This document shows, one piece after another, positions 59,024 through 64,000 of a stretch of 64,000 bases of DNA. How positions within the stretch are numbered: position 1 is the stretch's first letter; each line of letters starts with the position of its first letter. The position numbers were made by a program, and so were the translations under genes. The notes beneath the pieces were generated by a model that saw only the letters and a list, made by a program, of their open reading frames with translations, had not been told where the DNA came from and did not search any database. The stretch covers positions 53,320,001 to 53,384,000 of the forward strand of contig CM060732.1 of NCBI GenBank assembly GCA_030704615.1. The letters run 5' to 3'. The stretch is from Takakia lepidozioides (Eukaryota; Plantae; Bryophyta).

Positions 59024-62000
59024 GGTCACAAGCTGTAAACTCAAAATGCTAGGAAGTGTCTTGTATCTAGTAAAAAGGGAACAAGAAGATGCTTGGACTC
59101 GTAAAATCACCAAGCTGTGTCATTCTCATTGATCATACACACCACACCCTATAAAACGCTCAGCGTTACAGTCCCTCCATCCCATTTGCACAATCCTTCA
59201 GGTGACCTGGCAGAGTGTTGCTGTCGTTCCGGAGCAGCTTGCTACGACATTGTGATGAATCCCTCCGGAGCTGCAACTCTCCCTCAGCAGTTGCCCTGCA
59301 GCACGGCTGCCATGTGTTAGCGACACCCACCGCTTCAAGACCAGTTCTTTCTAAGTTGGGAGAAACTTGATCTACTGCGACCTCTAACGTACCAAGACAT
59401 CACTCAGATATGAAAGCTGCAAACTTCTTCAGCCGTACTTGGTTATCATGAGCCCCCAATGCTCGAATTCATCAGCCACTGAGGAGTTTTGTTGAACTCA
59501 ACGACAGAGGCAGTATGGCGCCAAAAAGACAAACACAGAAAGGGGGAAGTGTGATGTGCCCTCTCCGGCAATGTACTCTGCATGGACGGACAGGTACCTA
59601 CAAAGTTAGCAGCCCCTCTGTAGCTCCTCTCCAGAATCCATAGCGCTTTCGCTACATACACTTTGTCTGCGCCACGTCCCCCACCATCTAGCCTTTTTCT
59701 GCAGCGATGGACAGGCTGCATGGAAACTGCAACTCTGCAGTCTTACAGCGGGCCCACAGGCTCAGCAGTGGGTAGGTGCCCACACCTGCGAGCTCCGATC
59801 ATTGGAGGCCATACCTCCATTCATCAGTCTCTGAAGTCTGCATGCATCAAAAAGGCACCTCCTTCCCCATTTCTTTTCTCGCACCCTCTTCTCAATGGCA
59901 ACCGACCACCAGCCCCCATAATGCACCCCAGATTCCAAACCGGGGCCCCGGTGGAACTGTGCTTGGGCAACTCATAGCATGTTTCACGCTGTGATGGTTT
60001 AGGATAGGCACTCTCTTCACAGAACAAGGTCGGGTTTTGTCTACTCCTTTGTCAACTATGCACAGAACCCAACTGTCCGTTGGCCGGTTCCACCCATGTT
60101 CTTTACTCCTCTCAAACACGTGGCTAGAGCCTGTCTGAAATTGGCGCCTCGCCCAAAATAAGGCAGCATGTGACGGTGAAATTGGGCTATGCAAGTCTGG
60201 AGCACAATTCCACAGCTAGGGTAACAAGTCTCTGCAAAGTTGCCTTTGCAGGCCAGAGGCATTATTATGCCTGCCTTGGACCGTTTGTGTGTGCACAGCT
60301 CCCAAGGGGGTTGGGTAGCCTAGCAGGTGCCGCATGCTTGAACAGTTTTTTTAATCTCTCGAGGGATTGTGCATTAGCCTATACATGAATGGTACTAAAG
60401 TGTCATTATTCTGGGGGACCATAACTTCAATCTAGCCTTCAGAGAGTGCAGAGTACTGTAGTTCTATGGTGCACTCTGCACTCTCACACTCGGGGTTCAA
60501 AACCGAGTTCAATTGGGTTATGAGGACTTCACAATATAGTTTTGTTTTCCCCAAGAGTTCTCTAATCTCAAACGTAATCTCGATTAGAGTCTGCAACTGT
60601 ATGATTCTAGATTCCTGGCAGCAATGAGAACCCAACATTGCGGGGACATTCAATGGCAGCGCCAATGAGAATAACTCAGACGAGGGGGGCTAACAAATCT
60701 ACTGCACAGAGCACTTGAGCATGTAGTCAGTTGCAGTGGTTAGGACTCGGGAGTTAATGCCTCGCCTTATGATCAGAGTGATCCTGGAATTTCTCCGGTG
60801 GCCTTCTGGGCTGTGCTTAGAATAGGTAGTCCCGGAATAGTACTTCTGGACGTCATATAAACTTTTTTAGCCTGCGTTTCTATAAGTTTGTGTCTGCAGA
60901 CAAATCTGCAGTGGATCCGCAGTGGGATATCGGAAGAAGACAACATGGGTACAGTGTTTTGAAGGGACAGGACTCCTCAGGCTTCGGAAGGAACTGCCAC
61001 ATGCTCTATGTGCAGTTTACTAGGTACGCTGACCGAAGGATAGAACCCATTTTAAGCTCGCAGTGGAAGTAGACTGCTGGGGGTGCATACAGTGGATGCC
61101 CAGATTGGCCAATCTGTGTGTGGGCATTGCGCTCAACATAGTTTATCTGGTCTTTCTCTGGTGCATGTGATTGTAAGGAAATAAAAAGTACGCCTTTTGC
61201 AGCTGACCACTTGCAGCAGCTGCTTCAGTACGAACGACAGTCCTTTTGAGCACATGCGGATTTTTCCTTTCCGGCGTTATGGGTGTTGGTGGATTCGGGG
61301 TGGTATATCGCTCTGTTCCAGAACACATGCAAGAACTGTGTTTAAATGAGGCGTTAAAGGTGTTGCAGAATTGTTGCGAGAGGAAACTGCAAGGTGAAAG
61401 TTACGGGGTCAAGGTCACAGATGCGTGAAGTGAGCAGTTTGGGCAGTGTTTGTAGTGTGCTTGGATCGGGATATTGTGCAGCTGGTGGACATTCAGGATG
61501 ACGACAATGCATCTTGGGCAAACGACAATGTCACTCTTACCTGCCGGGTGCTCGTGATCAAAGATTATTCATGCCAACAGTCCTTCTCAGGGGGAAAGTG
61601 TTCCCTATCTACCGTCCTCCAAGACCATTGCATATTGTAGACCTGTGCAATTCTGCAATCATCTTGTATTTTTCTAAAAAGGGCCTTTGGTGGTCTGCAC
61701 GTCTGCACATCTCGCGGCGATTAGTGTCTGCTTGTCCCAAATGCTGTTGTTGCCAGCTGCCTGCATGGATGCCATAGCCTACTGCGTTTGCTTGACATAA
61801 AGAAGACGCTAGCTACCAAGTCCAGAACAAACAGGAAGTTTGATCTCAAATGCCAATAGCTACATAGGTGAAGAGCCTGTGAATCTGGGTCTGCAGTTGA
61901 TGGATTGCAAAGCACCTACCGATGTTCACGCACGTTTACAGTCAAGAGGCTTTCACACTCGCATTCTAGCCTTAACCTCGCCGTGTCCAATCGGCATCTA

Positions 62001-63386
62001 GGTCCAAGTTTCATCCGTGTGACATCGGTAGGAGCTGAAAAAACTTTGTGTCAGTATAGCTGCTGATGGAAACCTGTTCTTGTATTTGTTGCTGAAAGTG
62101 CTCCCTGAGCAGTTCTTAACCTCCTGTTTTTGGTTGGGTTGCAACATGTATAATAGGCAATGGCACCGAGTTGCAAAGCAGATCCTGGGGAGAGAAAGCA
62201 AAGAAGTGATTGGTAGTTGATAACTTGATTGGAGTCAAAGGTACCTGATCAAGATATCTTGATTTCAAGGTCAATAAATTAGGAAGCAACAGATATGGTT
62301 GGAGGACTCCTGCAGGCCCAACAGACCTTTTGTCATATGGGATTTCAAGTAAGAAAGTCAGGGTTGCCTCCCTAAATAGTTTCCACATGAATACTTCTCT
62401 CGCCGAAGCCATAACAGCTTTTGTTGATCAGATTGTGCATTAACTTTGGCAAATTTCTGGCTTCAGTGTAAATTTTTTGCTGTGGTAAGCACCTGATTGG
62501 AAGGTTGAATGCTGCTACTAGCAGTTTTAAGTTGCTGCTGTTTTTTCATGGCAAGTCAAGGTGGCAGCAGCCATGGAATGGGGCTGTGTTACGGAGGAGA
62601 CAGGGTCCATCCTTGATTGACTAGCCCTTGACAGTGCATTCGGCTTGGCAGACAGCGGCAATGTTGTCATTCCCAAGCAAAGAGTGGAGCCATGTACAGG
62701 TGCATGGGGTTTCCAATAGGAGTGCCTGAAAACGCGTCCACTGAATTGCCGGAAATTTTGTTTGTCCAAATAATATGTTAAGGAAATGACACTACTGGGC
62801 AATTTGCTGAAGTCCTGCTCAGAAGTTGAGGGACAAAGAATGTTGTATAGCAACATGGGTGACGCAAGTAGTAGTTGCTCGAGAACCTTCCTAATGAAGA
62901 TATCTAGGAAAGCCGCTTCTGGTGGCAAGCAAGCAGGCGACTTATCCACAGTTTCTGTGAGCCCTCAAATTTCCACTACATTGACAAAAGGAGAAAGAAA
63001 GAAAGAGACTCTTGTCCAGGGGAAGCTCAAGTAGCTTACGCGAGACAATTACTGGTTGGCAGTTGTAATTCTTCTCACTCGAGATAGAAGAAAACAATTC
63101 TTCCTGCACTTGCTGCTATAGTCAAACCATGGCCTTCTATCACAACAGAAAAAGAAAACCCTCACCGCAAAGACCATCAAGACTCGAGGATCTGTGAGAG
63201 TTGTTATGAATGCGGTACAAAATTCCTTGATTGTACAAGTTTGAAGCTCAAGATTACAACAATTCAAGGTTTCACATCAGTGTATACCTGCCAATACTTG
63301 TCTTGGGTTAACGGAAACTGTGCAGTGAACTACTCTAACTTGACTTCTACAAACCCAGCAGTTAACGTCGAACACAGATGGCCCGT

Positions 63387-64000
63387 CTATGGCAACGAAG
63401 TCAGGCTGAGCTCTAATGGAAATCCGTTGAATCCATCTTCTGGCAGAGACTGAGAAACCAGCGGGGGCCGGGTCCACTCCCATGATTTCTCCACCAGGTC
63501 GTAGATCAAACTTGATGACCTCTCCCAAGAATCTGGCGAGGGGGATGCGGGTGTGGGTGCAGCCCCCCACGCAATGAAAAGGAGGGCATCCTTGTGTTCA
63601 GCATTGGCATATGCGATGACGTCGAACCCGTCTTTGAAGTGCACCCTCAAATTGTCCGGCATCTTCTCGACCAATTTGGATTTGTTTTTCTGGCGTTCGG
63701 GCCAGACCTGCCACACATGAATACTTCCAGTGGTGGCAGACTCGCGGACACTACTGATCATCCCAGTTTCCAGGAGGAATCCTACAGTGGAGGCAGACTC
63801 TTGAACCATAGTTATCAGGAACAAGCGGTCACATGATTCAGCCAGCTGAGCATACTTTTTGGGGGCGAAGTGGCTGTCCATGAAGCGCAGCTGTGCTGCG
63901 AACAGAGCCTTGAAAGTGCTCCACAGGCCTTTCTCAATATCATAGGCACCAATCCGGGTGATGTCATCACCCACACAATAAATCACTCCGTTGCAAACAA
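63387..64000 (-). CDS. F-box/kelch-repeat-like protein, C-terminal part (5' end beyond the window)
   Basis: AYDIEKGLWS, LAESCDRLFLI, VWQV...LVEKMP, LIYDLVEKSWEW, GFPLELSL pattern of plant F-box beta-propeller C-termini. Confidence 0.65.
   Translation of the reverse strand, partial: VCNGVIYCVGDDITRIGAYDIEKGLWSTFKALFAAQLRFMDSHFAPKKYAQLAESCDRLFLITMVQESASTVGFLLETGMISSVRESATTGSIHVWQVWPERQKNKSKLVEKMPDNLRVHFKDGFDVIAYANAEHKDALLFIAWGAAPTPASPSPDSWERSSSLIYDLVEKSWEWTRPPLVSQSLPEDGFNGFPLELSLTSLP

Noticed and set aside
59100-63300. Short ORFs between the At1g16860-like and F-box genes
   Set aside because: No recognisable motifs or consistent exon chain

Overview
Eukaryotic plant DNA from a lineage with flagellated sperm: it has GT-AG introns, an RSPH4/6 radial-spoke gene, an ATL RING-H2 gene and an At1g16860-like gene. 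A bryophyte-grade host is an inference. Bases 1-44.4 kb are a nest of mobile elements with a 500-N gap at 20934-21433; 45.6-64 kb carries four ordinary host genes. Three different elements each carry a methyltransferase-like domain. (1) A Ty3/Gypsy retrotransposon has a complete C5-cytosine MTase motif set (PCQ, ENV) between protease and RT, and a PHD finger after the integrase. (2) A 5'-truncated Dualen/RandI-like LINE has the order RT - chromodomain - PCIF1/N6-adenine-MTase-like domain - RNase H - CCHC - restriction-like endonuclease; the chromodomain and endonuclease are absent from the ORF track. (3) A 9-exon gene of about 1078 aa encodes a ParB/Srx-like domain fused to a beta-class N4C/N6A-MTase-like domain, and its 4.2-kb first intron is filled by about 34 copies of a 116-bp palindrome-bearing satellite. 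Also present: a MULE transposase pseudogene with SWIM, a kinase pseudogene, two GCGACCGCC-N-GGCGGTCGC palindrome arrays bracketing about 30 kb, a Helitron-like 3' end and a degenerate chromovirus-type pol. All domain calls come from motif recognition by eye, not from database searches.
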